A DNA stretch of 64,000 bases, taken from Faecalimonas sp. GTDB lineage: Bacteria > Bacillota > Clostridia > Lachnospirales > Lachnospiraceae. Below, in pieces: positions 50,219-61,412 of this stretch. The notes beneath the pieces were generated by a model. That model made no database searches and was not told the DNA's origin. It saw only the letters and a program-made list of their open reading frames with translations. A program made the position numbers and the translations under genes. The stretch spans positions 3,055 to 67,054 of the forward strand of contig JAZQSP010000009.1 of the NCBI GenBank assembly GCA_045630205.1, given 5' to 3'. Within the stretch, counting starts at the first letter, position 1. Each line of letters opens with the position of its first letter.

Positions 50219-50294
50219 TCTCCTTCTCATAAAAACTCTAATGCATTCACTAAAGGTTCAAGACACCGCCTTGAACCCTTTGATTTTACTGTGT

Positions 50295-51791
50295 TTATTT
50301 GTCAAGTGTTTTCATTGTTGGGAACAACAGTACATCTCTGATTGCCAAACTATCTGAGAATAACATACACATTCTGTCGATTCCGTAACCGATACCACCT
50401 GTAGGAGGCATACCGATTTCCAATGCATTTAAGAAATCTTCATCAGTTGTGTTCGCTTCTTCATTTCCCTGAGAAAGTTGTTCTTCCTGGTCTTTGAAAC
50501 GTGCTCTCTGGTCGATTGGGTCATTAAGCTCTGAGTAAGCGTTTGCCATCTCCCATCCGTTCATAAAGAACTCGAAACGTTCTACGTATTCCGGATTCTC
50601 CGGTTTCTTCTTTGTAAGTGGAGATATCTCGATTGGATGATCCATTACAAATGTAGGCTGAATCAAGTGTTCTTCAACATATTCCTCAAAGAACAGGTTC
50701 AAGATATCACCTTTCTTGTGGCGTGCTTCGAATTCCACATGTTTCTCTTTTGCAATTGCTCTTGCTTCTTCTAATGTATGAATCTCATTCCAGTCAACGC
50801 CTGCATATTTCTTAACAGCGTCAATCATGGTGATTCTCTCGAATGGTTTTCCAAGATCCATTTCTACGCCATTATAAACGATAGTTGTTGTTCCAAGCAC
50901 TTCCTGTGCCACATGACGGAACATGTTCTCTGTTAAGTCCATCATACCATGGTAGTCTGTGTATGCTTGGTATAACTCCATCAATGTGAATTCCGGATTA
51001 TGTCTTGTGTCAAGACCTTCATTACGGAATACACGTCCGATTTCGTAAACGCGTTCCAAACCACCTACGATTAATCTCTTTAAGTATAACTCAAGTGAGA
51101 TACGAAGTTTGAAATCTTCATCCAGTGCGTTAAAGTGTGTCTCGAATGGTCTTGCTGCTGCACCACCTGCATTCGATACGAGCATTGGTGTCTCTACTTC
51201 AAGGAAACCTTGTCCGTCTAAATATCTTCTGATTGAGCTTACAATCTTAGAACGTTTGATAAATGTATCCTTTACCTCCGGATTCATGATAAGGTCAACG
51301 TATCTTTGACGGTAACGTAGGTCTGTGTTTGTAAGACCGTGATATTTTTCCGGAAGAATCTGAAGGCTCTTAGAAAGAAGTGTTACTTCCTCAGCGTGAA
51401 TAGAGATTTCTCCCATCTTTGTGCGGAATACTTCACCCTTAATACCTACGATATCACCAATGTCCATTTTCTTGAATGCCTTGTACTCTTCTTCACCGAC
51501 ACAATCTCTTGCAACGTATGACTGAATGGTTCCTTCTAAATCCTGAACATGACAGAATGAAGCTTTACCCATCACACGTTTGGACATAATACGTCCTGCG
51601 ATTGATACTTTTTTACCTTCCAACTCCTCAAAGTTGTCTTTGATGGATTGGCTGTGTGCGTCTGCATCGTATTTTGTAATCTGGAATGGATCCTGTCCAT
51701 TTGCCTGCAATTCTGCTAATTTTTCACGACGCACTTTTCTTAATTGATTCAAATCCGGTTCTTGAACTTGTACATTATTTTGTTCTGCCAT
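50295..51791 (-). CDS. lysS: Lysine--tRNA ligase (class II)
   Basis: [36 protein letters not shown]. Confidence 0.97.
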   Translation of the reverse strand: MAEQNNVQVQEPDLNQLRKVRREKLAELQANGQDPFQITKYDADAHSQSIKDNFEELEGKKVSIAGRIMSKRVMGKASFCHVQDLEGTIQSYVARDCVGEEEYKAFKKMDIGDIVGIKGEVFRTKMGEISIHAEEVTLLSKSLQILPEKYHGLTNTDLRYRQRYVDLIMNPEVKDTFIKRSKIVSSIRRYLDGQGFLEVETPMLVSNAGGAAARPFETHFNALDEDFKLRISLELYLKRLIVGGLERVYEIGRVFRNEGLDTRHNPEFTLMELYQAYTDYHGMMDLTENMFRHVAQEVLGTTTIVYNGVEMDLGKPFERITMIDAVKKYAGVDWNEIHTLEEARAIAKEKHVEFEARHKKGDILNLFFEEYVEEHLIQPTFVMDHPIEISPLTKKKPENPEYVERFEFFMNGWEMANAYSELNDPIDQRARFKDQEEQLSQGNEEANTTDEDFLNALEIGMPPTGGIGYGIDRMCMLFSDSLAIRDVLLFPTMKTLDK

Positions 51792-51816
51792 GTCTCTTCC
51801 TCCTCTTTTACTGTGA

Positions 51817-52299
51817 CTAGATACTTCTGTCAATCTTTAATACTTTGTATTCCATAATTCCGACTTGTGTCTCTACGGAAACTTCTTCTCCGATGCCTTT
51901 ACCGAGTAATGCCGCGCCAAGTGGAGATTCATTGGAAATCTTGCCTGCCAAGCTGTTCGCTTCTGTAGAACCTACGATTTTGTATTCTACTTCTTCTTCG
52001 AATTCTACATCATACAATACTACCGTGCAACCAACACTGATTTTTTCAAGATCCACTTCTTCTTCATCTACTACGTCCGCGTTCTTGAGGATCTTTTCAA
52101 TCTCTTCGATACGAGCTTCAATGTCGCGTTGCTCATCTTTTGCAGCATCGTATTCTGCATTCTCTGACAAGTCTCCCTGTTCTCTGGCTTCTTTGATTTT
52201 CTGAGCCACTTCCTTACGTTTTACTACCTTCAGGTTCTCAAGCTCGTTCTCCAATGCTTTGAGTCCTGTGTAAGTAAGAATGGTTTTCTTTGCTGTCAT
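51817..52299 (-). CDS. greA: Transcription elongation factor GreA
   Basis: [21 protein letters not shown]. Confidence 0.96.
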   Translation of the reverse strand: MTAKKTILTYTGLKALENELENLKVVKRKEVAQKIKEAREQGDLSENAEYDAAKDEQRDIEARIEEIEKILKNADVVDEEEVDLEKISVGCTVVLYDVEFEEEVEYKIVGSTEANSLAGKISNESPLGAALLGKGIGEEVSVETQVGIMEYKVLKIDRSI

Positions 52300-52431
52300 T
52301 TTCGTACTTCCTTTCTGACATTTTTTCTTAAATATATTTCTCTCGATTCCTCGATAAATCAATCTATTCTCACAATTTCAACATTATACATGAATCAGGA
52401 AATAATGTCAACAAATTTTCAAGCTTCATGG

Positions 52432-53400
52432 CTAAACTAAAAGTCGGTTCTCCAGCAACTCCTCCAACTCTGCATATGATTCCACAGCATTTATCTCTCC
52501 GCGTAGCTTCGCTGAATTCTTAAGCCCCGTCGTATACCATGACACATGCTTTCGCATTTCGCGAATGCCAAGGTATTCGCCTTTATACTGTATCTGAAGT
52601 CTCGCGTGACGAAGCATCATGTCTTTCAGTTCTTCGTTGCTCGGCCTCTGTGGCATTACTCCGGTCTTCTCATACTCCACAAGTTCCGAGAATATCCAAG
52701 GATTCCCTTGTGCACCTCGTCCTATCATCACGCCGTCGCATCCGGTTTCGCACATCATTGCAAGTGCACTTTCACCTGACACAACATCGCCATTGCCGAT
52801 TACCGGTATGGAAACTGCTTCTTTTACCTGGCGAATAATATCCCAATCTGCTTTTCCGGAATAGTATTGTTCTCTCGTTCTTCCATGCACTGCGACTGCT
52901 GCCGCACCTGCATCTTCGATAATCTTTGCAATTTCCACTGCATTTATACTCTCTTCGTTAAATCCTTTTCGAATTTTTACCGTAACAGGCTTTTGAATCG
53001 CCTTCACTGTCTTACTTACAATCTCGTGTACAAGTTTTGGCTGATTCATAAGCGCCGAGCCTTCACCGTTTCGCACAATCTTCGGAACCGGACATCCCAT
53101 GTTGATATCCAGCATCGCAAACGGAAGTTCTTCTATTCGCTTTGCAATCTCACTGATTACCTCCGGATCCGAACCAAAAAGTTGGAGTGACACCGGTTCT
53201 TCCTCCGGGTGTATCTCTAAAAGAGCTTTTGTATTTTTATTATTGTATTGTATCGCTTTTGCACTTATCATCTCCATACAGAGAAGCCCTGCGCCCTGCT
53301 CTTTGCAGAGCAAGCGAAATGGCAGGTCTGTTACGCCTGCCATAGGTGCTAAGATGTATGGATTTGCAAGTTCAACATTTCCTATCTTCAACTTCTTCAT
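52432..53400 (-). CDS. dusB: tRNA-dihydrouridine synthase
   Basis: LAPMAGVTD, INMGCP, VHGRT, GNGD, MIGRG. Confidence 0.93.
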   Translation of the reverse strand: MKKLKIGNVELANPYILAPMAGVTDLPFRLLCKEQGAGLLCMEMISAKAIQYNNKNTKALLEIHPEEEPVSLQLFGSDPEVISEIAKRIEELPFAMLDINMGCPVPKIVRNGEGSALMNQPKLVHEIVSKTVKAIQKPVTVKIRKGFNEESINAVEIAKIIEDAGAAAVAVHGRTREQYYSGKADWDIIRQVKEAVSIPVIGNGDVVSGESALAMMCETGCDGVMIGRGAQGNPWIFSELVEYEKTGVMPQRPSNEELKDMMLRHARLQIQYKGEYLGIREMRKHVSWYTTGLKNSAKLRGEINAVESYAELEELLENRLLV

Positions 53401-53401
53401 T

Positions 53402-54175
53402 CTATTTTTCTGCCTCTTTGTACTTTTCGTAAATCATGCGAAGACCTTCCAGTGTTAACATCGGGTCATAGATATCAATCACATCTGTCTCCGGTACGAT
53501 AATATTTCCAAGACCACCGGTTGCCACTACTTTTGCATCCGTATAACCTGCTGCCTTTAATTTGTTTACAATATACTCTGTCTGTCCGATGTAACCGAAG
53601 ACCAGACCGCCCTGCATACTGGACACCGTCTCTTTTGCAACAACTGACTCCGGCTTGCGTATCTCAATCTCAGGAAGCATCGCAGCTCCGCCCCAGAGTG
53701 CTCTCGCAGAGGTTCTGATACCCGGCGAAATAACACCGCCTTCAAACACACCGTCTGCAGTTACGATGTCATATGTCGTCGCTGTACCGAAATCCACAAC
53801 TATCACAGGTCCGCCGTATTTTTCATATGCCGCCACAGCATCCACAATTCGGTCTGGACCGATTTCCTTCGGATGCTCCGTGTTAATCTTAAGCCCCATG
53901 TCCAACGTACTCGGCACAATAGGTTTTACATGGAAATACTTGATAATCGCGCTTCCCAGCGAATGCATCACGTCCGGCACAACAGAAGAAACGATGACGT
54001 CCTCAATATCCTTCACATCAAATCCTCTGTGCATTAACATGTCACAAAGTTGAATTCCGTATTCATCCGACGTTCTGGGTTGCTTTGCAGTTGCGCGAAA
54101 CGTCGCCTTTAATTCCTTTCCATCAAACACACCCAATGTAATGTGTGTGTTCCCAACATCTACTACTAATAGCAT
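53402..54175 (-). CDS. coaX: Type III pantothenate kinase
   Basis: [20 protein letters not shown]. Confidence 0.93.
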   Translation of the reverse strand: MLLVVDVGNTHITLGVFDGKELKATFRATAKQPRTSDEYGIQLCDMLMHRGFDVKDIEDVIVSSVVPDVMHSLGSAIIKYFHVKPIVPSTLDMGLKINTEHPKEIGPDRIVDAVAAYEKYGGPVIVVDFGTATTYDIVTADGVFEGGVISPGIRTSARALWGGAAMLPEIEIRKPESVVAKETVSSMQGGLVFGYIGQTEYIVNKLKAAGYTDAKVVATGGLGNIIVPETDVIDIYDPMLTLEGLRMIYEKYKEAEK

Positions 54176-54504
54176 TAAGCTTCCTCCCCTAAGAAAAATA
54201 CCTTATAATACATCTGCAGAGCTTCTAAAAGTTCCTGCTTGGTTCTCTGGAGTTCTTTGATTTTAAGATGACTGCCGATTTCATCAAAGAAAAAGTCGTT
54301 CTCTTCGTTCGATACCTCAAAACAGAGTTCTCCATTTTCTTCAAATACAAGTGTCAGGATTCCCCCCACATCCTCTGTAAACAGAACGCACATAACCTTC
54401 AGTTCATCCTTTACGCTATCCGGAAGTGTCTCGAAATCCGGATTCAGATAATATTTTTGTTCATAAGAATTCGCGCCACACAGCACTATTTTGTCTTCGT
54501 ACAT
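54175..54504 (-). CDS. DUF6145-like protein
   Basis: [16 protein letters not shown]...ELK. Confidence 0.75.
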   Translation of the reverse strand: MYEDKIVLCGANSYEQKYYLNPDFETLPDSVKDELKVMCVLFTEDVGGILTLVFEENGELCFEVSNEENDFFFDEIGSHLKIKELQRTKQELLEALQMYYKVFFLGEEA

Positions 54505-54512
54505 ACTTCCTC

Positions 54513-55268
54513 CTAAACGTAACCGTAGATGCCTCGCACAGATACTTCTCCCGCATAGATGCGTTTTTCTTCTCCCGCCGCCGTCCGAACCAAAAGTTCG
54601 CCGGAAGCGTTGATTCCCTGCGCATAAGCTATATATTCATTTCGAGGTTCTAATACCCGAACTTCTCTACCGACATTGACCAACATGTCGTTGTATGCTT
54701 CTCTCAGAAACGACAAATCCTGCGTCTCAAGAAATTGACAATATGCCTCATCAAAATATTCCACAATGGCTTCCACCAATGTTTCTCTGTCGGAAACGAT
54801 TCCACTCTCCAGATAAAGAGATGTCGCGGTATCTTTTAGTTCCTCCGGAAACTTACTTGTGTTTACGTTAATTCCCACTCCGACCACAACGTAATCAATC
54901 TCAGTGTCTTTTAACTGCATCTCTGTTAAGATTCCGCATATCTTCTTGCCCGATAATACTAAATCGTTCGGCCATTTAATTTGCACATCTAAAAAACCAA
55001 GTTCCTTTAGGACCTTCGCAACGCTGTACGCCATAACAAGTGTAAGCATCGGCGCTCTGTCCGGCAGACAATCCGGTCTTAGAAGAATAGACATGTAGAT
55101 ATTCTCTCCTGCAGGAGATTCCCATCCTCGCCCTCTACGACCTTTGCCCGCGCTCTGTGCATCAGCCACGACTACCGTTCCGTGTGCAGCACCCTCGGTG
55201 GCAAGTCTTGCAATCTCTGTATTGGTTGAATCCAGTTGTTTATAGTAAATAATCTTATTATTCTCCAA
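54513..55268 (-). CDS. birA: Biotin--protein ligase lacking the N-terminal HTH
   Basis: STN, GKGRRGR.W, KWPND, KICGIL. Confidence 0.92.
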   Translation of the reverse strand: MENNKIIYYKQLDSTNTEIARLATEGAAHGTVVVADAQSAGKGRRGRGWESPAGENIYMSILLRPDCLPDRAPMLTLVMAYSVAKVLKELGFLDVQIKWPNDLVLSGKKICGILTEMQLKDTEIDYVVVGVGINVNTSKFPEELKDTATSLYLESGIVSDRETLVEAIVEYFDEAYCQFLETQDLSFLREAYNDMLVNVGREVRVLEPRNEYIAYAQGINASGELLVRTAAGEEKRIYAGEVSVRGIYGYV

Positions 55269-57294
55269 GTGTAGCCACCATTACTGCCTTAATTGTATGA
55301 AGACGATTCTCTGCTTCGTCAAACACAACATCTGCATGTTTTTCAAATACATCTTCTGTTACTTCGTTACCCTTTACTGCAGGCAGACAGTGCATGAAGA
55401 TGGTTCCTTCTTTTCCCGTCTTATCCATCAATGCCTGATTAATTTGATATGGGTGTAAAAGTGCAATACGTTCTACTGTCTTATCTTCCTCTCCCATAGA
55501 GCACCATACGTCCGTATAAAGTACATCTGCTCCTTCTACAGCGTCTACGGAATCTGTGATATTAACCGATGCACCCGATTCTTTTGCATACTCTTTGCAA
55601 AGTTCTACAAGTCCTTCCTCCGGCCATAATTCCTTCGGTGCAATGATTGCAAAATTCACACCTACTTTTGCGCAACCAATCATAAGACTGTTCGCCATAT
55701 TGTTTCGTCCGTCCCCAAGATAAACGAAGTTCAAACCTTCCAGATATCCGAAATGCTCCTTCATTGTCAGAAAATCTGCAAGAATCTGTGTTGGGTGATA
55801 ATCGTCCGTAAGTCCATTCCAAACCGGTACACCGCTGTACTCTGCCAGTATCTCCACATGCTCATGCTTAAATCCGCGGAATTCAATTCCATCAAACATA
55901 CGTCCAAGCACACGCGCCGTATCCTTTACACTCTCTTTATATCCCAGTTGAATATCATGCTCCGAAAGATATGTCGGAAATGCTCCTTCGTCATTTGCAC
56001 CCACAGTAAATGCGCAACGTGTTCTGGTAGATGGTTTTTCAAAAATCAATGCGATGTTTTTGCCTTTTAAAGAATTCCCTGTAATTCCCTGCTTTTTCTT
56101 TGCCTTTAAGTCTGCCGCCAAATCAAGCAGATACAGGATCTCGTCTTTCGTAAAATCTTTGAGTGTCAAAAAATTGCGTCCCTTTAAGTTCATCGTGTAG
56201 TCCTTTCTGAGATTCATCAAGATGTGAACGAATCTCGGTAAATTTATTGTATCTTCTATTTTTTGATATTTGTCGCTTACTTCCTGCTCAAGCTCTTGAA
56301 CCGTATAGATTCGATACTTTGGAATTCGCAGAAGCTTTGCACTCGCCTCAAGCATGGCAAGATAGAATTCTTCATCCGAACATTTTCGCGGCAAACGTAA
56401 GACAAATGTTATCTCTGCCTTCTCAATGTCGCTTAAGTCCTCCAGTATCTTTCTATAATACCATTCTTCTCGCGTTTGTTCAATATAATAAATTCGACCT
56501 GCAAGACCATATATCATACGTTTTGCATCGTAATACCCTATTTTTAGGTTCTGTCTGCTTCTTTTGCTCTGGAATTCAATGATGCTTCCCAACTTCACTT
56601 TTGGTGCAATCTCGTAGAGTGCTGTATCTTCGTCTGCCTTTGCCCTCGGAACCCTGCCCGGTCCATAAATACGAATCTGAATAATATCTTTGTATCCTCT
56701 CTCAAGCAAGGAATTGATTGGAAAGTTATTCACGATCCCGCCATCCACATAAGTCTGTCCATGTAGTTTCTCATTTTTGAAGCCAAAGAGGTACGCACTT
56801 GCAAGCAAAAAATCTTCTAAGAGCCCCTCCGGTATATCATGAATGCTGAGGTCCATTTCCTTCAGTTGCGACACAGAAAATGTAAGAAGACATAATTCGA
56901 TTCCGCACTCACGAATCTTTTTCTCATCGATATTCTCATGAATCAGATTGCGGAGAGGAGTAATATCCACACCGCCATCTGACAACACTTTTCTGAATTC
57001 ACTGACAATCTCACGCAAGCTGTTCTCTTTGTTGAAGAGACGCTCCATCCACACATCATCCACATCCATGACATCAGAAAATGTCATGTCATACCATATC
57101 TCTTCTGCTTTTTTTGCATCGCCCATACAGATAAGAGCACCATTAAGTGCTCCCACAGAGGTTCCCGCCACTGCATTGACCTTCACACCCGCCTCACAAA
57201 GTGCTTTCCATGCGCCAATCTGATATGCTCCCCTAGCGCCACCGCCATCCAACACAAGACCATATTCTTTTGTCAAATCAATGACCGGATTCAT
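55258..57294 (-). CDS. argF: Patatin-like phospholipase fused in frame to ornithine carbamoyltransferase (OTC part 55258-56193)
   Basis: Patatin motifs GGGARG, GTSVG, DGG; OTC motifs STRTR, HPTQ, HCLP; internal RBS AGAAAGGA 7 nt before the ATG at 56193. Confidence 0.88.
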   Translation of the reverse strand: MNPVIDLTKEYGLVLDGGGARGAYQIGAWKALCEAGVKVNAVAGTSVGALNGALICMGDAKKAEEIWYDMTFSDVMDVDDVWMERLFNKENSLREIVSEFRKVLSDGGVDITPLRNLIHENIDEKKIRECGIELCLLTFSVSQLKEMDLSIHDIPEGLLEDFLLASAYLFGFKNEKLHGQTYVDGGIVNNFPINSLLERGYKDIIQIRIYGPGRVPRAKADEDTALYEIAPKVKLGSIIEFQSKRSRQNLKIGYYDAKRMIYGLAGRIYYIEQTREEWYYRKILEDLSDIEKAEITFVLRLPRKCSDEEFYLAMLEASAKLLRIPKYRIYTVQELEQEVSDKYQKIEDTINLPRFVHILMNLRKDYTMNLKGRNFLTLKDFTKDEILYLLDLAADLKAKKKQGITGNSLKGKNIALIFEKPSTRTRCAFTVGANDEGAFPTYLSEHDIQLGYKESVKDTARVLGRMFDGIEFRGFKHEHVEILAEYSGVPVWNGLTDDYHPTQILADFLTMKEHFGYLEGLNFVYLGDGRNNMANSLMIGCAKVGVNFAIIAPKELWPEEGLVELCKEYAKESGASVNITDSVDAVEGADVLYTDVWCSMGEEDKTVERIALLHPYQINQALMDKTGKEGTIFMHCLPAVKGNEVTEDVFEKHADVVFDEAENRLHTIKAVMVATLGE

Positions 57295-57369
57295 ACACTC
57301 ACCTCACTCTGCGATATCAAAATACACAAAGGGGTATGCTCCTTTGCACACCCCTGTATCTTTTCACAC

Positions 57370-58290
57370 TTAATCTTCTTTTGCAACTTCCACAACAGAT
57401 TTTACAAGACCTGCAATTCCCTGAAGTTCTGACGGAATAATAATCTTGGTTGCCTTTCCGTCTGCGGCACGCTCAAATGCTTCCAGACTCTTAATAGTAA
57501 GTACTGCCTCGTCTGCTCCTGCTTCCTTAAGGAAACGAATACCGTCCGCATTTGCCTGCTGCACTTTAAGGATAGCCTCTGCTTCACCTTCTGCTTCTCG
57601 GATACGTCTTTCTTTTTCTGCTTCCGCACGAAGAATTGCTGACTGTTTCTCAGCCTCAGCTTCTAGAATCACAGATTCTTTATTACCTTCTGCAACAAGA
57701 ATTGTAGATTTCTTCTCACCTTCTGCACGAAGGATTGCTTCACGGCGTTCACGCTCTGCCTTCATCTGTTTTTCCATCGCATCCTGAATCGCTGCCGGTG
57801 GAATAATATTCTTCAGTTCCACACGATTTACCTTGATTCCCCATGGATCTGTTGCTACATCAAGAGAAGCTCGCATCTTCGTGTTAATTGTCTCTCTTGA
57901 AGTCAGTGTCTGGTCTAATTCCAAATCACCGATGATATTACGAAGTGTTGTCGCCGTCAAGTTCTCAATCGCCATAATCGGATTAGCAACTCCGTAGCAG
58001 AACAGCTTTGGGTCTGTAATCTGATAGAATACAACCGTGTCAATCCGCATCGTAACGTTATCCTTTGTAATAACCGGTTGCGGTGCAAAGTCTACAACCT
58101 GTTCTTTTAGGTCCACACGTCTTGCAACACGCTCGAGAATCGGAAGTTTAAAATGAATACCTACTCCCCATGTTGCCTGATAAGCGCCAAGTCTCTCAAC
58201 AACGAGTGCCTGCGCCTGTTGAACCACTTTTATACAAGATACTAAAACCACTACTACAATCAATGCTAAAATAATACCGATAATTCCCAT
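57370..58290 (-). CDS. SPFH / stomatin-like protein
   Basis: VERLG, VITKDNV, LRNIIG, WGIKVNRVE, AERERR coiled coil. Confidence 0.93.
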   Translation of the reverse strand: MGIIGIILALIVVVVLVSCIKVVQQAQALVVERLGAYQATWGVGIHFKLPILERVARRVDLKEQVVDFAPQPVITKDNVTMRIDTVVFYQITDPKLFCYGVANPIMAIENLTATTLRNIIGDLELDQTLTSRETINTKMRASLDVATDPWGIKVNRVELKNIIPPAAIQDAMEKQMKAERERREAILRAEGEKKSTILVAEGNKESVILEAEAEKQSAILRAEAEKERRIREAEGEAEAILKVQQANADGIRFLKEAGADEAVLTIKSLEAFERAADGKATKIIIPSELQGIAGLVKSVVEVAKED

Positions 58291-58291
58291 G

Positions 58292-58726
58292 TTATACCTC
58301 CTCTTTTTTCACAATTAATTTTACGCCTTGTATGCCCTCAATAACCACTACTTCTCCGGCCTCGATAATCATATCGGCATCGTCTGTCTTTGCGGACCAT
58401 TCCATGCCATTTACCTCCGTGCGTCCGGTTCCGTGCAATGTATCGATTTTTTCCAATACCACTGCTTTTTGCCCAATTAAGCTTTCTGCATTCGTTTTCT
58501 GGCGTTCCTGATTGAAAAACTTCATGGCAATTGGTCTCGTAAGTACCAAAAGCGCGATTGAGACCAATAAGAAAACAATAATCTGCACAGGCAGACCAAA
58601 TCCGATATATGCAAGAACAAATGCAACAAGTGCACCACCCGCAAACCATACCGTTGTTAATCCCATGGTAAGTATTTCAATCACTAATAAGACTACAAAC
58701 ATAATCAACCAAAATATTGTCTCCAT
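58292..58726 (-). CDS. NfeD-family protein
   Basis: TM N-terminus; LIGQKAVV..G..WSA..V.I.GVKL; paired with SPFH. Confidence 0.9.
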   Translation of the reverse strand: METIFWLIMFVVLLVIEILTMGLTTVWFAGGALVAFVLAYIGFGLPVQIIVFLLVSIALLVLTRPIAMKFFNQERQKTNAESLIGQKAVVLEKIDTLHGTGRTEVNGMEWSAKTDDADMIIEAGEVVVIEGIQGVKLIVKKEEV

Positions 58727-58802
58727 GTTCCCGCCTCACTTTCATACTATGATTTATATCCCAATTGTACTACATTCATTCTTAGATTGCAACAAACAGA
58801 GA

Positions 58803-58819
58803 ATTACAATATTGTTACA
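58803..58819 (-). promoter_or_regulatory. WalR/OmpR-type direct-repeat box upstream of nfeD
   Basis: Minus strand TGTAAC-AATAT-TGTAAT fits TGTWAH-N5-TGTWAH. Confidence 0.5.
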
Positions 58820-58862
58820 AAAAAAGAGACAGAAATAATCTGTCTCTTCAAAACTCCCCTTT

Positions 58863-59681
58863 TTAGCGGAAATAGTGGTCGCCGAGCTTATATCCTACGG
58901 AACCTACTCTTCCTGTATTAAAGAACAATGCATTTCCAATCGGATTCGCACCGTTCATGGCATCCTGTGCTGCTTCATAGCATGCAACAGGAGTGCGATT
59001 GCTACTTAAAATTCTGCCAAGTTTTCCATTCATAGCCGGTGTAAACTGACCTCTCTGATAGATAACACCTTCCAATGTATTTGGAAAACGACTGCTTGCA
59101 ATACGATTCATAACTACTGCACCAACTGCAACCTTGCCATCATAAGGCTGATTACCTGCTTCACAGTAAATCAATGCCGCCAATAATCTTACATCAGCTT
59201 CTTTTTGCTGTGCCTTGATTTCTTCCATTGTCTGTGCATCCTTTGTACCTTCTGCACACACTGTTTTTGCTCTTTCAACAGCAGCACTTCCAAATAGAAG
59301 CGACTCTGCCTTTACATATCCGACTACTGCACCGGAAGTAATCTTGCACCACTCTGCACCTTCTTCTTCTACAGTAACGATTGTATTCTTGTACATCTTA
59401 CCCGCCACGGTACCATTTACTTCTGCATAAACATCTACTGTTGTCTCTGTATTTGCCAAAGCTTTTCCGTACCATTCCTGCGTTTCTACCGCAACACTTG
59501 CCATTGCCGGAATCTGTTCCAATGCTGCCGCAAGCGGTGCTACGTTAATTTCATAGTTGATAGTTTCAATTGCCTGAGTCTCAGATTGTGGAGCAGCGGC
59601 AAATGCTTGAAATTCCGATGTGAACAAAATACATCCAGCAAGCAAGAGACCAACGTACACTCTCTTTTTCCCAAAAAACAT
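58863..59681 (-). CDS. Cell wall hydrolase (SH3-like plus Hydrolase_2/SleB domain)
   Basis: Signal peptide; LAALIYCEAG, AVGAVVMNR, FPNTL.GVIYQ.GQF. Confidence 0.88.
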   Translation of the reverse strand: MFFGKKRVYVGLLLAGCILFTSEFQAFAAAPQSETQAIETINYEINVAPLAAALEQIPAMASVAVETQEWYGKALANTETTVDVYAEVNGTVAGKMYKNTIVTVEEEGAEWCKITSGAVVGYVKAESLLFGSAAVERAKTVCAEGTKDAQTMEEIKAQQKEADVRLLAALIYCEAGNQPYDGKVAVGAVVMNRIASSRFPNTLEGVIYQRGQFTPAMNGKLGRILSSNRTPVACYEAAQDAMNGANPIGNALFFNTGRVGSVGYKLGDHYFR

Positions 59682-59754
59682 AATAACCTCCTAATTTTGT
59701 AACAACTTGTTGACATGTTTCTATTACATAACTATGCCCAATTTACTCACTTTT

Positions 59755-59792
59755 ATTACAAATTGTTACGCAATTGTTACAAATATTGTAAC
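59755..59792 (-). promoter_or_regulatory. Cluster of TGTAAC-like half-sites upstream of the cell wall hydrolase
   Basis: Minus strand TGTAAC-N5-CGTAAC-N4-TGTAAT plus one inverted TGTAAC. Confidence 0.45.
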
Positions 59793-59920
59793 TTTTGGCA
59801 TGTTAACATGTTTTTTTTAGGCTGTCAACCCTAAAATTGTATTTTTTTAAGTACAATTTCTGCAGTTGGTAAACAAAAAAGTGTCCTCCAATCAATTTTG
59901 GAGGACATTTTCACTTACTT

Positions 59921-60697
59921 TTACTGTCTTCTCTGCCTTGCAACTTCGAACATAAATACGGAGGCTGCAATCGCTGCATTTAACGATTCTACTTGACCTT
60001 CCATTGGAATTCGCACCCAGATATCTGCCTTTTGTGACACCTCATCTCGAAGTCCATTCCCTTCATTTCCAATCAAAATTGCAGTGCCTCTGCAGTAATC
60101 TTCTTTGTCATACGAATTCTTTCCATCGAGGTGTGCTGCATAGGATTTGATACCTTTTTCCTTAAATATTTCCAACAAATTTACAGTATCTTCTATATAT
60201 ATAGTGGGCATGCGATAAATGGAACCCATTGTGGAACGAATGGTCTTCGGATTATAGATATCCACACAATCTCTGCTCATAAAAACAGCATCCACTCCCG
60301 CACCTTCCGCAGTGCGAACAATAGTTCCAAGGTTCCCCGGATCCTGCAGATTATCCAAGACTATAAAGTGTGGATTTTCTATGTTAAGCAATGCTGCAAG
60401 GTCATATTTTTTCTGCTTTACAATACACAAAACACCTTGCGGTGTCTGCGTATCTGAGACATGCTTAAATACACTGTCTGACAGAATTTCGAGTGGAAAT
60501 TCCTCCCAATTTAAATCGTGTTTCTTCATATTAAAAAGCGTCTCTGAAACATATACCTTTTCCACTCGTTCTTGTGGCACTTCTGCAAACATACGCAGCC
60601 CCTCTACCACAAACACATCCTCTTCATTTCGCGCCTTACTTTTCTTCTGCAACTGAAGCAAACGTTTCACTTGCGGATTACTTGTACTTGTTATCAT
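59921..60697 (-). CDS. TrmH/SpoU-family RNA methyltransferase
   Basis: DPGNLGTIVRTA, GNEGNG, ESLNAA; ATG at 60697. Confidence 0.92.
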   Translation of the reverse strand: MITSTSNPQVKRLLQLQKKSKARNEEDVFVVEGLRMFAEVPQERVEKVYVSETLFNMKKHDLNWEEFPLEILSDSVFKHVSDTQTPQGVLCIVKQKKYDLAALLNIENPHFIVLDNLQDPGNLGTIVRTAEGAGVDAVFMSRDCVDIYNPKTIRSTMGSIYRMPTIYIEDTVNLLEIFKEKGIKSYAAHLDGKNSYDKEDYCRGTAILIGNEGNGLRDEVSQKADIWVRIPMEGQVESLNAAIAASVFMFEVARQRRQ

Positions 60698-60722
60698 TTT
60701 ACCTATTCCTTCTAATTGTAAA

Positions 60723-61412
60723 CTATACTTTGAATCTGTAACCGACACCCCATATTGTCTCAATATACTGAGGCTTCGATGTGTCAAACTCTATCTTTTC
60801 ACGAATCTTTTTAATATGCACCGTCACTGTCGCAATATCACCGATGGATTCCATATCCCAGATTTCGCTAAAGAGTTCATCCTTAGTATACACGTGATTT
60901 GGATGAGAAGCAAGAAATGTCAACAAATCAAATTCTTTCGTTGTACACGATTTTTCTTCTCCATTGACCCAAACACGCCTTGCAGTGATGTCAATCTTAA
61001 TTCCGCGAATCTCGATTACCTTATTTTCTTCTATCACACTTCCCACCAAACGTTCATATCTTGCCAAATGTGCTTTCACACGAGCCACCAATTCACTTGG
61101 ACTAAATGGTTTGGTCATATAATCATCTGCTCCAAGTCCAAGTCCTCGTATCTTATCGATATCATCCTTCTTTGCAGAAACCATGATAATCGGTGTGTTT
61201 TTCTGTGCGCGCACCTGTCGACAGATTTCAAATCCGTCCACCTCAGGAAGCATCAAATCAAGAATAATAAGGTCATAATCCTCAGATAAGGACTTGTCTA
61301 ATCCGGTCTGTCCGTCATTGGCAACTTCAACTTCAAATCCACTTAATTCCAAGTAATCGCGTTCCAATTCTGCAATCGCATTCTCATCTTCTACAATCAA
61401 TATTTTACTCAT
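60723..61412 (-). CDS. OmpR-family response regulator
   Basis: ILIVEDE, ILDLMLP, GADDY.TKPF, TIWGVGY. Confidence 0.95.
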   Translation of the reverse strand: MSKILIVEDENAIAELERDYLELSGFEVEVANDGQTGLDKSLSEDYDLIILDLMLPEVDGFEICRQVRAQKNTPIIMVSAKKDDIDKIRGLGLGADDYMTKPFSPSELVARVKAHLARYERLVGSVIEENKVIEIRGIKIDITARRVWVNGEEKSCTTKEFDLLTFLASHPNHVYTKDELFSEIWDMESIGDIATVTVHIKKIREKIEFDTSKPQYIETIWGVGYRFKV

